A stretch of DNA of 64,000 nucleotides from an uncultured Negativicutes bacterium (GTDB lineage Bacteria > Bacillota > Negativicutes > JBAXTZ01): assembly GCA_963721525.1 (NCBI GenBank), contig CAVRJL010000016.1:22781-86780 (forward strand). Reading direction: 5' to 3'. The stretch's first letter is position 1. The number at the start of each line of letters is the position of its first letter. The position numbers were made by a program, and so were the translations under genes. Under the pieces are notes generated by a model, which worked only from the letters and a program-made list of their open reading frames with translations, had not been told where the DNA came from and made no database searches. Shown one piece after another: positions 9,027-18,927 of the stretch.

Positions 9027-9926
9027 ATGAAAAAAAAAGATATATTTTTTGTTTTATTTGTAGTTTTTATATGGGGATTTGGTTATGCTGTTATTAAGTT
9101 AGGAATAAAAGGAGTGCCTCCATTATTTTTAGGAACTATTCGTTTTACACTTTCATCTATTCCTGCTATTTTTTTCGTTAAACGTCCTCCTATAAGTTGG
9201 AAATGGATAATTATTTTAGGGTTAACAATTAATGTAGGGCACTTCGCTTTACTTTTTACAGCTATAAAGTTAGGTATATTTGCTGGATTATCTGCTGTAA
9301 TTATGCAAACACAAGTCCTTTTTACAATGTCAATGTCTGTGATATTCTTAAAAGAAAAATGGGATTGGAATAATATAGTTGGATTGATTTTAGGAATATG
9401 TGGGATAGCTAGTATAGGTTCTTGTTGCTTTAGTAGGGAAATGATAGGCCCCTTTTTGTTAACTTTATTAGCTGCTTTTTGTTGGGCGTTAGGGAATATA
9501 GTTATAAGCTACTGCAGTCAAAATATGGAAAATTTTTCGATGTTTTCTCTAATAACTTGGTCAGGAGCTATAGCAATCTTACCTTTTGCTTTATTATCTT
9601 TATATTTAGAAGGCTTCTCTTCATGGGTTTTTACAATAACTACTCATCCATTATCTTTTGCTTTTTCAGTTATTTATTTGTCTAGTTTAGCTACTATGAT
9701 AGGTTTTGGATTATGGGGTCAGTTACTTAAAAAATATTCTTCTCTTTTAATAACTCCTTTTGCTCTTTTAATACCAATCGTTAGTATAATTAGCTGTAAA
9801 GTAATTTTTAGAGAAAAATTACTTTTTTGGCAAAATATTGGCTGTTTGTTTATATTTTTTGCCTTATTGATAAATATTTTTGGCAGGAAAATAGTAAAGA
9901 TAATAATAAAAAATAAAAATTTATAG
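9027..9926 (+). CDS. EamA/DMT-family transporter
   Basis: 10-TM profile with two EamA-like halves (FIWGFGYAVIKLG..., CWALGNIVISY...). Confidence 0.8.
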   Translation: MKKKDIFFVLFVVFIWGFGYAVIKLGIKGVPPLFLGTIRFTLSSIPAIFFVKRPPISWKWIIILGLTINVGHFALLFTAIKLGIFAGLSAVIMQTQVLFTMSMSVIFLKEKWDWNNIVGLILGICGIASIGSCCFSREMIGPFLLTLLAAFCWALGNIVISYCSQNMENFSMFSLITWSGAIAILPFALLSLYLEGFSSWVFTITTHPLSFAFSVIYLSSLATMIGFGLWGQLLKKYSSLLITPFALLIPIVSIISCKVIFREKLLFWQNIGCLFIFFALLINIFGRKIVKIIIKNKNL

Positions 9927-11307
9927 TTATTCGAAAAAATAATTTTGAAACTTAGTCTTTTCCCCATAGTGAATATTTACTATTAGGTAGTAAATACTCA
10001 GTATATAACTACCTCTATTTCTTCAGGTATTGATCTATTTATAGGAACAGATCTTGGTTGAAGTTTTCAACTGCTGGTAGTTGCTACAGACGATAATATG
10101 CCGATGGAGTCATAAATGAATATAAAGGATAGTCTCTTATCCTTGAATATTGGCGCTTATGTCCAACTTTTCCTCATCTACAAGTTAATGCTGACACAAT
10201 TTTTAGTAATGCTCAAAATAATAAAATCCATATTAAAATCCGCTATAATTTAGGGGCCTTACTACAACCAGCGATAGTGATAGAAAATTAACAAAATAAA
10301 GCAGTTCCGGTAAATTTAAAAAACATTAGCTATAAAATGATACAATCTGTACAACGTAACAATTTAATAAATGTGCTATACACCTTCCTAATAATTAATA
10401 TATTTTTACTACAATAAAAAAGGATCTACTTCTTTTTTTTATCTCAACTAATTATTGTAACTAGATCAATAGTAAATATTAATGTTATTATAGAAGGAGT
10501 ATAAAACTATAAGGTAACAATGAAGCTAAAATTCAATTATTATGAGAAAAATGAGGAATAAACACAAGTTAAGTATACATATATTTATAAATGTATATAC
10601 TTATTAATATATATTGTAAGAGGAGTTCTTGTATATTCAGACATATATTTAAAAATTAGTATTTGCATTAAGACGTATTATAAGCTATAAGATTAGCATA
10701 AATTCAAGTTCTACTAATAAGTACTTTGCCGAAGTGGAACTTATTTTTAGTAGTATTTTTATATACTTTATTCACTTAAAAAAGATGTAATTTTATCTTA
10801 TTATTCACTTTGCTGAGAAAGTACTCATAAGAAATACAAACACGATACAAAATTTTTGGGATTAGGAAATAAATTAAAAGCTTTAGAATAAATTCCCTTA
10901 AAATAGGTTTTTTAAATTAAACACAGTCTTTGAAAATATGTTAAATTTATCCAAAATAAAAATAAAACAGAAAAATTAATAAATGAATTATCTAAAATTA
11001 AAATAAATTATTTTATGAAAACTATGGCAAAGGAATATAAAAATCCGAACGAAGCATTAAAAAATAATAGAGTATAATTTCACTATAATGTACAAGAGAT
11101 TATAGAAGATATAAAAATGAAGTAATAGATAAATGTAATTAAATAAAAGAAAACTATCTGCTACAAAATTCAATAAAATGGTATATGCACGAATTTATAC
11201 TAGAAGCTGAATTATTCTCTTTAAATAAGATAATTAGAATAGATGATAAAAACCGTAATGTATAATATGTGTTTAATTTGATTTTTTATAAAAACTTCTA
11301 AAATATA

Positions 11308-11335
11308 TTGAAAATCGTTGTTAAAGTAGTATAAT
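11308..11335 (+). promoter_or_regulatory. Sigma-70-type promoter for the downstream small RNA
   Basis: TTGAAA (11308-11313), a 16-nt spacer, then TATAAT (11330-11335). The RNA closing helix starts about 7 nt downstream. Confidence 0.6.
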
Positions 11336-11341
11336 AAAGTT

Positions 11342-11545
11342 GAGCCTGACAGAAAGCTTAGGAGAGAGTCCGATGACACAGAATAACTCAAAACTAACAT
11401 AGTTAGACCAACTCAATGTGTTTGTAAAATAAACGAGAAGCAATATTAAGAATGGATACTGATGAATGTGTTTAAGAGTGTGGCTGAATAAGCGAGGTTG
11501 ATGATCGAAATTAAATATCTTAGTCAAGTTTTCTGTTAGGCTATT
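11342..11545 (+). ncRNA. Unclassified ~200-nt structured small RNA
   Basis: A 13-bp closing helix pairs AGCCUGACAGAAA (11343-11355) with UUUCUGUUAGGCU (11530-11542). Internal hairpin CUAAC-AUA-GUUAG. No credible ORF. Bounded by a promoter and a terminator. Confidence 0.5.
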
Positions 11546-11563
11546 TTAAGTGAATTATTAATA

Positions 11564-11604
11564 ATAGTCCAGATGATAAAAGCTGTTTTTATCGTCTGGA
11601 CTAT
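11564..11604 (+). terminator. Rho-independent terminator-like hairpin
   Basis: An 18-bp stem pairs 11564-11581 with 11587-11604 (one G-U pair). The loop is GCUGU and UAAAUAUUU follows. Confidence 0.65.
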
Positions 11605-12119
11605 TAAATATTTAGAGTAATACTAAACAGTATATATATTGATTTGTTAGGGATATAATTAAGTTCGGAATAGCAGCGCAAGCTCCTGGCGATGTACTAT
11701 GGATAGTCACGCAAGATGAAATCAGTAAGACTAGGACTTGAGCGGACTGACAAGCAATATAAAAGCAATAGCAAAGCATGCAAATTCAGAGGAGCATTTC
11801 GAGATAGGCAAAACAATCATTAGGTAAATTAGAATACAACCCTCGTGCTAACTTGTTTAATGGTTATGGGTTAAATAGACAAGAGACGTCGCTAATTTTA
11901 AAATTAAGAAATAAAATTGAGACTAGAAATACGATACAGATAATGATTTTTGCTATGAGTAAGTATTACTGGGCTTACGGATTATCTATTGACAAAACGT
12001 TACACAAATCAATGTTCTAAAACGACCTATATATGCACCTATATACGCGTTATCGAAAGATTAACTACCAAAACAGTTATGGATAGATCGTTGATTATAC
12101 GAATGAAGGATGGTTAATG

Positions 12120-12620
12120 CTGACAAATACCTATAGGTTAGATTATACATTCGAAGAAATATCTTTAGCAATGAGAATTCAAGAAGGTGGTTTGATTTCA
12201 AATTGGTTAACTTTTGGAGATGTTGCTTATGAGTTTCTAAAAGCGACAGACTTTCGCGAACACTTAGCGAATCTCGTTAACTTCTAGCTTATATGATTGT
12301 GTGTGAAAAACATGATAATATGCGCGGTATTGTACCAATTGAAGCTGAACTGTTAGCTGTTGACGTAGATAGTACAGCTCAACGATTTTTATTAGGCCAT
12401 TAGAGTATGAGGCGAACGGTTAACAAGTTGGATGAATTATGGTTATTGCAAAACTTAGAACGAAATAAGAGAATTAATTGTCGATAGTTATTTCCCTAAT
12501 AAGAACGGAGAAGCACATTCAGTAGCTTTGTGTTTTATTGATTCCGGCTTTCGCACTAGACGAAGTATGTGACTTTTTTTATGTACTCAGACGTTTACTA
12601 TCTATCTAAAGAAGCGCTCA
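12120..12620 (+). pseudogene. Relic of a phage terminase large subunit (GpA/lambda-A family)
   Basis: Colinear fragments broken by stops and frameshifts: SNWLTFGDVAYEFLKA...HLANLVNF, VPIEAELLAVDVDSTAQRF (cf. lambda VPDRVAYLTAGIDSQLDRY), IRV*GERLTSW and NGEAHSVALCFIDSGFRT (cf. ICWDTGGIDPT). Confidence 0.55.
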
Positions 12621-12958
12621 TCCGTTAAGATAACGATTATTTAGCACATCGAATATCGATAGAATGCTATATACGGAATTAAACTGTATATAATTAATAT
12701 TTATGTGTTTAAAGATTTCATTAATGGAAGATGATATGTTGCTGTAGATTGCGAACAATGAGTAAATGCACAAAATGAAAAAATTATGCCAAAAAATAGA
12801 CAGAATAAGGGATTAATTAATATCAATATTTAATATTTTTTTAATTCATCAGGTTTAATACTTTTTTAATCATATAAAAAATTTTTTAAGATGATTTCCT
12901 GCTTAACTTTATTTTTCTCTGTTTTATTAAAAACTTTTATAATCTTTTATTTTATTTC

Positions 12959-15607
12959 TTATAAAGATTTTTCTTTACTAAGCACTGCTTGTGCTGCTGC
13001 TAATTTTGCTATGGGAATTCTAAAAGGGGAACAAGATATAGAATCTAAGCCAATATCATGACAAAATTGAATTGAATTTGGATCTCCACCATGTTCTCCA
13101 CAAATTCCTATTTGTAAATTAGGACGGGTTTTTTTCCCTTTTTCAGTTGCTATTTTCATTAATTGGCCAACCCCTTTACGATCTAAGGTTATGAAGGGAT
13201 TTTCTTTAAATATTTTTTTATTTATGTAATCATTCATGAATTTTCCTTCAGCATCGTCTCTACTAAATCCTAAAGTTGTTTGTGTTAAATCATTTGTACC
13301 AAAACTAAAAAAATCGGAAACTTCAGCGAGTTCATCTGCTAAAAGTGCAGCTCTAGGTAATTCAATCATTGTACCTACTTTATAAGTAAATTTAATTGAG
13401 TTTTCTTCTTGAATTTTTTTTGCAATAATATTGATTTTTTCTTTAAAAAAAATCATTTCATTAATGTCAATAGTTAAAGGTATTTCGATTTCAGGATAAG
13501 GATAAAATCCTTCTTTTTTTAAAAGTGCTGTAGCATTAAAAATAGCTTGAACTTGCATTTCATAAATTTCAGGCCAACTGATTCCTAAGCGACATCCCCT
13601 ATGGCCTAACATTGGATTATTTTCTTGTATAGATTGTATTTTCTCCCATAATTTTTCTAAAATGGGTAATTTTTCTTTGTTTTTACTTGTTTCACGAATT
13701 AAAGCGATTTCTATTATAACATCATCATAGCGAGGTAAAAATTCGTGTAATGGGGGATCCAGTAACCTTATACATACAGGATAACCGTCCATTATCTTTA
13801 GTATATTATAAAAATCATTTTCTTGAAAAGATAAAAGCTTTGCTAGCGCTTGTAAACGTTGTGTTGAGTTTTCGGCCAGTATCATTTCTTGAATATAAGG
13901 TAGACGCTCTGCTCCTAAAAACATGTGCTCAGTACGAGTAAGCCCAATACCTATAGCACCAAATTCACGAGCTTTTAAAGCATCTTCAGGTGTATCCGCA
14001 TTAGCTCGTATTTGTAGAGTTCTTATACTATCTGCCCAACTGAGAATTTTTAAACATTCAGGAGAAAACTTAGATTTGATTAAAGGTAAATTTCCCATAA
14101 TAACTTTTCCGCTAGTACCATCAATGGTTAGCATTTCCCCTTCTTTTATTATATAATTACCTATATATAATACCTTTTTTTCTATATCTATGGATAATGA
14201 TTCGCAACCGCATACACAAGGTTTTCCCATACCTCTTGCCACCACTGCTGCATGTGAAGTCATTCCCCCATGAATAGTAAGTATTCCTTCGGCTGCATGC
14301 ATCCCATGTATATCATCCGGATTTGTTTCTTTGCTTACAAATATTGTTTTTATATCTCTTTCAGCCATAATTTTTGCCTCATCAGCAGAAAAAATAACTT
14401 TACCACATGCGGATCCTGGAGAAGCTGGCAATCCTATTGCAATAGGATTTATTTTTACTGAAGGGTCAAGTTGAGGATGTAAGAGCTGGTCAAGTTGATT
14501 AGGTTTAATTGAAAGTAAGGCTTCTTCTTTTGTAATTATTCCTTCTTTTTGTAAATCGTAAGCAGTTTTAATAGTAGCATGAGCACTCATTTTTCCATTT
14601 CTTGTTTGTAAAAGAAAAAGATTTCCTTTTTCTATTGTAAATTCAATATCTTGAACATTTTTATAATATTTTTCCAATTTTTTTGCAATTTCCAAAAGTT
14701 CTTCATAAATTTGTGGCATATCTATATTTAAGTCATTTATTTTTTTAGGAGTTCGTATACCAGCAACAACGTCTTCACCTTGAGCATTAAATAAGTATTC
14801 TCCATATAATGTGTTTTGTCCGTTGGATGGATTACGAGTAAAAGCAACTCCTGTGCCGGAATCGTTTCCCATATTACCAAATACCATTGTTTGTATATTT
14901 ATTGCTGTACCTAAATTGTGATCGATTTTATTAAGATTACGGTATATAATTGCTCGTTCATTATTCCAAGAATCAAATACTGCCTCAATTGCTAATTTTA
15001 ATTGTTCTATAGGGTCATTAGGAAAATGTTTCCCCGTACATTTAAAAACGTGATTTTTGTAAATTTTTATTATTTTGCATAATGCTTTTTCGCTTAATTG
15101 TTGATCATAAGTTACGTTTTCTTGTTTTTTTGTATTCTCTAGTATATTTTCGAAATCATTTTTTGATATATTAAAAACAATATTAGAAAACATTTGAATA
15201 AATCTTCTATAGCAATCTAACGCAAACCAACGATTGTTAGTTTGTTTTATTAAGCCTTTCACTGTTTTAGAGTTTATACCCAAATTTAAAATAGTATCCA
15301 TCATACCCGGCATTGAAAAAACAGATCCCGAGCGTACGGACAATAATAAAGGATTTTCAAAGTCGCCAAATACCTTATTAGTTTGTTTTTCAATAATTTG
15401 TAAATTTGCTTTAATTTCTGAAAGCAAATCAGCCGATAACTTGCAGTTCATAGAGTTATACTTATGGCAAGCTTCAGTAGTAACTATAAATCCAGGAGGT
15501 ACTGGCAAACCGATTTTAGTCATTTCTGCCAAATTAGCTCCTTTGCTGCCCAATAAAGTTCGCATTTTTTTATTCCCTTCACGAAATAGATAAACATGTT
15601 TTGCCAT
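12959..15607 (-). CDS. ppdK: Pyruvate, phosphate dikinase
   Basis: 882 aa with the phosphohistidine motif GGMTSHAAVVARGMGKPCV and the C-terminal PEP-utilising domain FFSFGTNDLTQ. Confidence 0.95.
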   Translation of the reverse strand: MAKHVYLFREGNKKMRTLLGSKGANLAEMTKIGLPVPPGFIVTTEACHKYNSMNCKLSADLLSEIKANLQIIEKQTNKVFGDFENPLLLSVRSGSVFSMPGMMDTILNLGINSKTVKGLIKQTNNRWFALDCYRRFIQMFSNIVFNISKNDFENILENTKKQENVTYDQQLSEKALCKIIKIYKNHVFKCTGKHFPNDPIEQLKLAIEAVFDSWNNERAIIYRNLNKIDHNLGTAINIQTMVFGNMGNDSGTGVAFTRNPSNGQNTLYGEYLFNAQGEDVVAGIRTPKKINDLNIDMPQIYEELLEIAKKLEKYYKNVQDIEFTIEKGNLFLLQTRNGKMSAHATIKTAYDLQKEGIITKEEALLSIKPNQLDQLLHPQLDPSVKINPIAIGLPASPGSACGKVIFSADEAKIMAERDIKTIFVSKETNPDDIHGMHAAEGILTIHGGMTSHAAVVARGMGKPCVCGCESLSIDIEKKVLYIGNYIIKEGEMLTIDGTSGKVIMGNLPLIKSKFSPECLKILSWADSIRTLQIRANADTPEDALKAREFGAIGIGLTRTEHMFLGAERLPYIQEMILAENSTQRLQALAKLLSFQENDFYNILKIMDGYPVCIRLLDPPLHEFLPRYDDVIIEIALIRETSKNKEKLPILEKLWEKIQSIQENNPMLGHRGCRLGISWPEIYEMQVQAIFNATALLKKEGFYPYPEIEIPLTIDINEMIFFKEKINIIAKKIQEENSIKFTYKVGTMIELPRAALLADELAEVSDFFSFGTNDLTQTTLGFSRDDAEGKFMNDYINKKIFKENPFITLDRKGVGQLMKIATEKGKKTRPNLQIGICGEHGGDPNSIQFCHDIGLDSISCSPFRIPIAKLAAAQAVLSKEKSL

Positions 15608-15768
15608 TTCTTAACCCCTTTATATTTTTACAAATTTTAAATGATATAAGTTAGTTGTAATTATATATAAAAAAATATTTGTATAGCAAGTTTTTATTGA
15701 AATTATCTTCCCCTATATTAAAAATAAAAAAATATATTTATAAATTAATTAATGATAGCACAACGTTT

Positions 15769-15822
15769 AAATTTTACATTATAGGCAAATAGAAAACTTA
15801 TTGTGCTTATAATGTAAAATTT
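15769..15822. repeat. 15-bp perfect inverted repeat in the divergent ppdK/skp intergenic region
   Basis: AAATTTTACATTATA (15769-15783) and TATAATGTAAAATTT (15808-15822), separated by a 24-nt spacer. Confidence 0.8.
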
Positions 15823-16376
15823 CCATATGATTTTGAAAAAAATAAAATAAGCTATCATACGGATATAGGTTTTATAAAAAAGTTCTTTATGATTAATTTG
15901 GAAACTCTAATTTATTTTAGAAAGAAACTCGGACATTTCGGATATTAATGTTGATAAACGTAAACTTCCTTCTATTTTCTATTGTCAAAAAAGACCTTTT
16001 ATCACATATTGAAATTGAAGTACCCATACTTTTTTAAGAGTTAAAAATAAAAATTGCCGGTACAAATAATATAATGGCATTTTCAAATATTTGATATTTT
16101 GTAGTATATTAAATCGTTGAAATAGTGAAGCAATTCTGTTAAAATAACAAGAGGTAAAAATGTTTTTAAAAAAACTATACTTTGAAAAATAATTAAAATT
16201 TATAGATTTTAGCGTAGTATTTATTGAAAATTGTAGAAAAATAGGATATTATTTATAAATCATAATTTTTAATAAGTATTATAGTTTGCTAATTATTTAT
16301 TTATCGTTGCTGTGTATGTCAAAAAACATTTTATCGTACATTTGGTTTTTATTTTTAAATTATTCTAAAATAGGAG

Positions 16377-16865
16377 TTGTTTATGAAAAAAATATCATTG
16401 GTTTTACTAAGTTTCATATTTATTTTTACCGTTGCTGGTTGTGGGAAAACACAAGTAGGAATAGTTGACCAAGGAAAAATAATGAAAAATAGTGAGCACA
16501 TGAAGCGAATTGGAGAGGAATTTAGAAAAAAAGCTACAGATTTACAGGAAGAAGAATATAAAGCACGCCAAATGATAAAAGATGAAATTTCTAAACAGAA
16601 GAAAAATCAGGAAATTAGAAGTAAATGGGAAAAATTACAGAGCGAGACACAACAAAAAGTATTTACAGAATTAAAAGCAGCTGTACAAACTATTGCTAAA
16701 GAAAAGGGGTTAGACATAGTTGCTGAAAACATGGTTATTTATACAACTGGAACAGATATCACAGACGAGGTTGTTAAAAGACTAGATGTAAATATTCAAT
16801 CACAATTTCAATCTAAAGTTAAACCTAAAGAAGTACTCCCCGAAGGGAAAAAAGAGGAGATCTAA
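16377..16865 (+). CDS. Skp/OmpH-family periplasmic chaperone, lipoprotein form
   Basis: Signal peptide with lipobox TVAGC. Coiled, Lys/Glu-rich body GIVDQGKIMKNSEHMKRIGEEFRKKATDLQ typical of OmpH. Confidence 0.75.
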   Translation: MFMKKISLVLLSFIFIFTVAGCGKTQVGIVDQGKIMKNSEHMKRIGEEFRKKATDLQEEEYKARQMIKDEISKQKKNQEIRSKWEKLQSETQQKVFTELKAAVQTIAKEKGLDIVAENMVIYTTGTDITDEVVKRLDVNIQSQFQSKVKPKEVLPEGKKEEI

Positions 16866-16935
16866 GCAGAATAAAAAGTAATTATAATAAATAAAGTTGT
16901 TTATAGTGCTGTTTGTGGTAACAAGAAGAGATTAA

Positions 16936-17262
16936 GCAGAGGATATTAGTTGAGTAAAATTAGGAATGCGCAGTAAGCTGAGAATATTTAAAGTTTCAAT
17001 TACAGTGGGGTTTTCGAAATTTAGAGTAGTTATTTGATTTAACTTTACCGTAAAATTGAATTGTATGACAGCTGTTGATTAAAAAAACGAAAGGCAATAG
17101 GTAATAATTTAAGAATCTTATTCAGTAATTAGTTTTAATGTTTGAATAGGAAATAATATGATAATGAAACTTCATATGTAATTTTCTCAGGATTCGGGGT
17201 TTATTATGGTAGACAATAAAGTTGTAATCGGAAGTTTTACAAGTATTCATCAATTATATTAA
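16936..17262 (+). pseudogene. lpxD: Relic of a hexapeptide-repeat acyltransferase, LpxD-like
   Basis: One frame with 7 internal stops reads AEDIS*VKLG...ESYSVISFNV*IGNNMIM...VDNKVVIGSFTSIH (cf. E. coli LpxD APSAVIDATAKLGNNVSIG). It sits directly downstream of skp, where lpxD normally lies. Confidence 0.35.
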
Positions 17263-17467
17263 CAAAATCCATAATAAATGATGTTTAGTAAAAAATAAAG
17301 GGCTTGTGTTGTTGCGTTATTTTTAAATGATGTAATAATGCTGAGCACTTTATTTTTTTGTATTATACCTCTCAGATAAATATCTATAATTAAGAGAAGT
17401 AAAGAGGGCTTTCACAAACTTTAAGTTTGTGAAAATAGAGAAAAAAGTGGAATTGGAGGTAAAATTT

Positions 17468-18880
17468 ATGGGATTAATTATTGAAGAAAAACAGCTTAGG
17501 CGAGGATTAAAAAACCGTCATATTCAATTTATAGCTTTAGGATTCATTATTGATAGCGGGTACTTTCTTGGTAATAGTTATGCTATTGAAAAAGCAGGAC
17601 CGTTATCTATTTTAGGGTATTTACTCGGAGGAATAATTGTCATGATGGTTATGCTTTGCTATCGTGAGCTTATGATATACAAACCTATTACTGGTTCATT
17701 TATCACTTATACTAAGGAATTGGTATCGTCAACATGGGCGTGTGGTATTGGTTGGTGCTATTGGTTACAATGCGTTACCCCGTCTGAACCAATAGCTGCC
17801 GGTATGATTATGAACTTATTTATGCCTCGAATTGGAACGGTATGGTGGGCTGTATTTTTTTGTTTATTTGTTACAATTTTAAATTTATTTAAAGTGGAAG
17901 CTTTTGGAGAAGCTGAATTTTGGCTTTCTTTAACAAAAGTTGGAGCAATTATAGTTTTTAGTATTCTATCTGTATTTATTGGTTTAGGCTGGATTGGGGC
18001 TCAAGGTTATATAGGTATAAAATTACTTTTAGGAGACGGTGGTTTTGCTCCTAAAGGTTGGTTTTCTGTTTTTCTTGTTATGATGATAGTATTAGGAAAT
18101 TATCAAGGAGCTGAAACTATAGGATTAACTGCAGGCGAAAGTAAAAATCCACAAAAATCCTTACCAAAAGCTATTAAAAATGTAACTAATACTATTATAG
18201 GATTATATACCATACCTATATTTTTATTATTAGTCATTTTCCCTTGGAGACAAGCTGCAATTTCAGAAAACGCTTTTAGTGAAGCGCTTGTAATTCATGG
18301 TTTCAGGTGGTTGGGTAGCGGTATTTCTTTTATTATTTTGATTACAGCTTTATCTGCAGCAAATAGTGATATGTATGCTTGTTCAAGGATATTATATTCT
18401 TTGCAAAAAGAAGGATTTGCTCCAAAATTTTTAGGGAAATTAAATATTAAAAATGTTCCACAAAATGCTACTATTATGTCTAATATAATAGCTTGGGTTT
18501 TTTTGGTGTTTTATGTATTAGATAAAAGTGGATTATTTTATGAACATCTCCTTTTATTAAGTGGATTTGCTGGAGAAATTGTGTGGATAAGCATTTGCAT
18601 TGCCCAATTTCGTTTTCGTAAGAAGTACATAGCTTCAGGGCACAATATAGAAAAATTAAGAAACAAAACTCCCTATTTCCCATATCTTACATGGTTAGCA
18701 ATACTAACACAGGCTGTTTGTTTATTAGCTATGCTTTTTTCTCAAGAAATGAGAGATACTTTAATTTTTGGAATGCTTACTATTTTATTAAGTTCATTAA
18801 TTTATTATGGATACAAAAAAAAATGGGGAACTAGATTAGCGGCCATCATCAATACTATACTATTTTTTAATTTTAATTAA
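17468..18880 (+). CDS. Amino acid permease (AAT/APC family)
   Basis: RGLKNRHIQFIALG motif and a 12-TM profile. The preferred start is ATG 17468, preceded by GGAGG. The track ORF starts at an upstream GTG. Confidence 0.85.
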   Translation: MGLIIEEKQLRRGLKNRHIQFIALGFIIDSGYFLGNSYAIEKAGPLSILGYLLGGIIVMMVMLCYRELMIYKPITGSFITYTKELVSSTWACGIGWCYWLQCVTPSEPIAAGMIMNLFMPRIGTVWWAVFFCLFVTILNLFKVEAFGEAEFWLSLTKVGAIIVFSILSVFIGLGWIGAQGYIGIKLLLGDGGFAPKGWFSVFLVMMIVLGNYQGAETIGLTAGESKNPQKSLPKAIKNVTNTIIGLYTIPIFLLLVIFPWRQAAISENAFSEALVIHGFRWLGSGISFIILITALSAANSDMYACSRILYSLQKEGFAPKFLGKLNIKNVPQNATIMSNIIAWVFLVFYVLDKSGLFYEHLLLLSGFAGEIVWISICIAQFRFRKKYIASGHNIEKLRNKTPYFPYLTWLAILTQAVCLLAMLFSQEMRDTLIFGMLTILLSSLIYYGYKKKWGTRLAAIINTILFFNFN

Positions 18881-18927
18881 TAATTTAGTGTAAGCTATAT
18901 AGAAACTATAAAATATAGAATTAATAG

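Noticed and set aside
10611-10650. Similarity of TAAGAGGAGTTCTTGTATATTCAG to the EamA gene SD/start region, considered as a repeated regulatory element.
   Set aside because: There are only two imperfect occurrences in AT-rich DNA. That is insufficient to call a motif, so it is mentioned only under the gene-desert finding.
11342-11545. Calling the small RNA rnpB (RNase P RNA).
   Set aside because: Only short CR-I/CR-IV/CR-V-like strings are present. The length is about 200 nt, against roughly 330-400 for typical bacterial RNase P RNAs. There is no P3, no specificity domain and no ACAGAA junction, and there is an extra 36 nt before the 3' strand of the closing helix. It is kept as an unclassified ncRNA.
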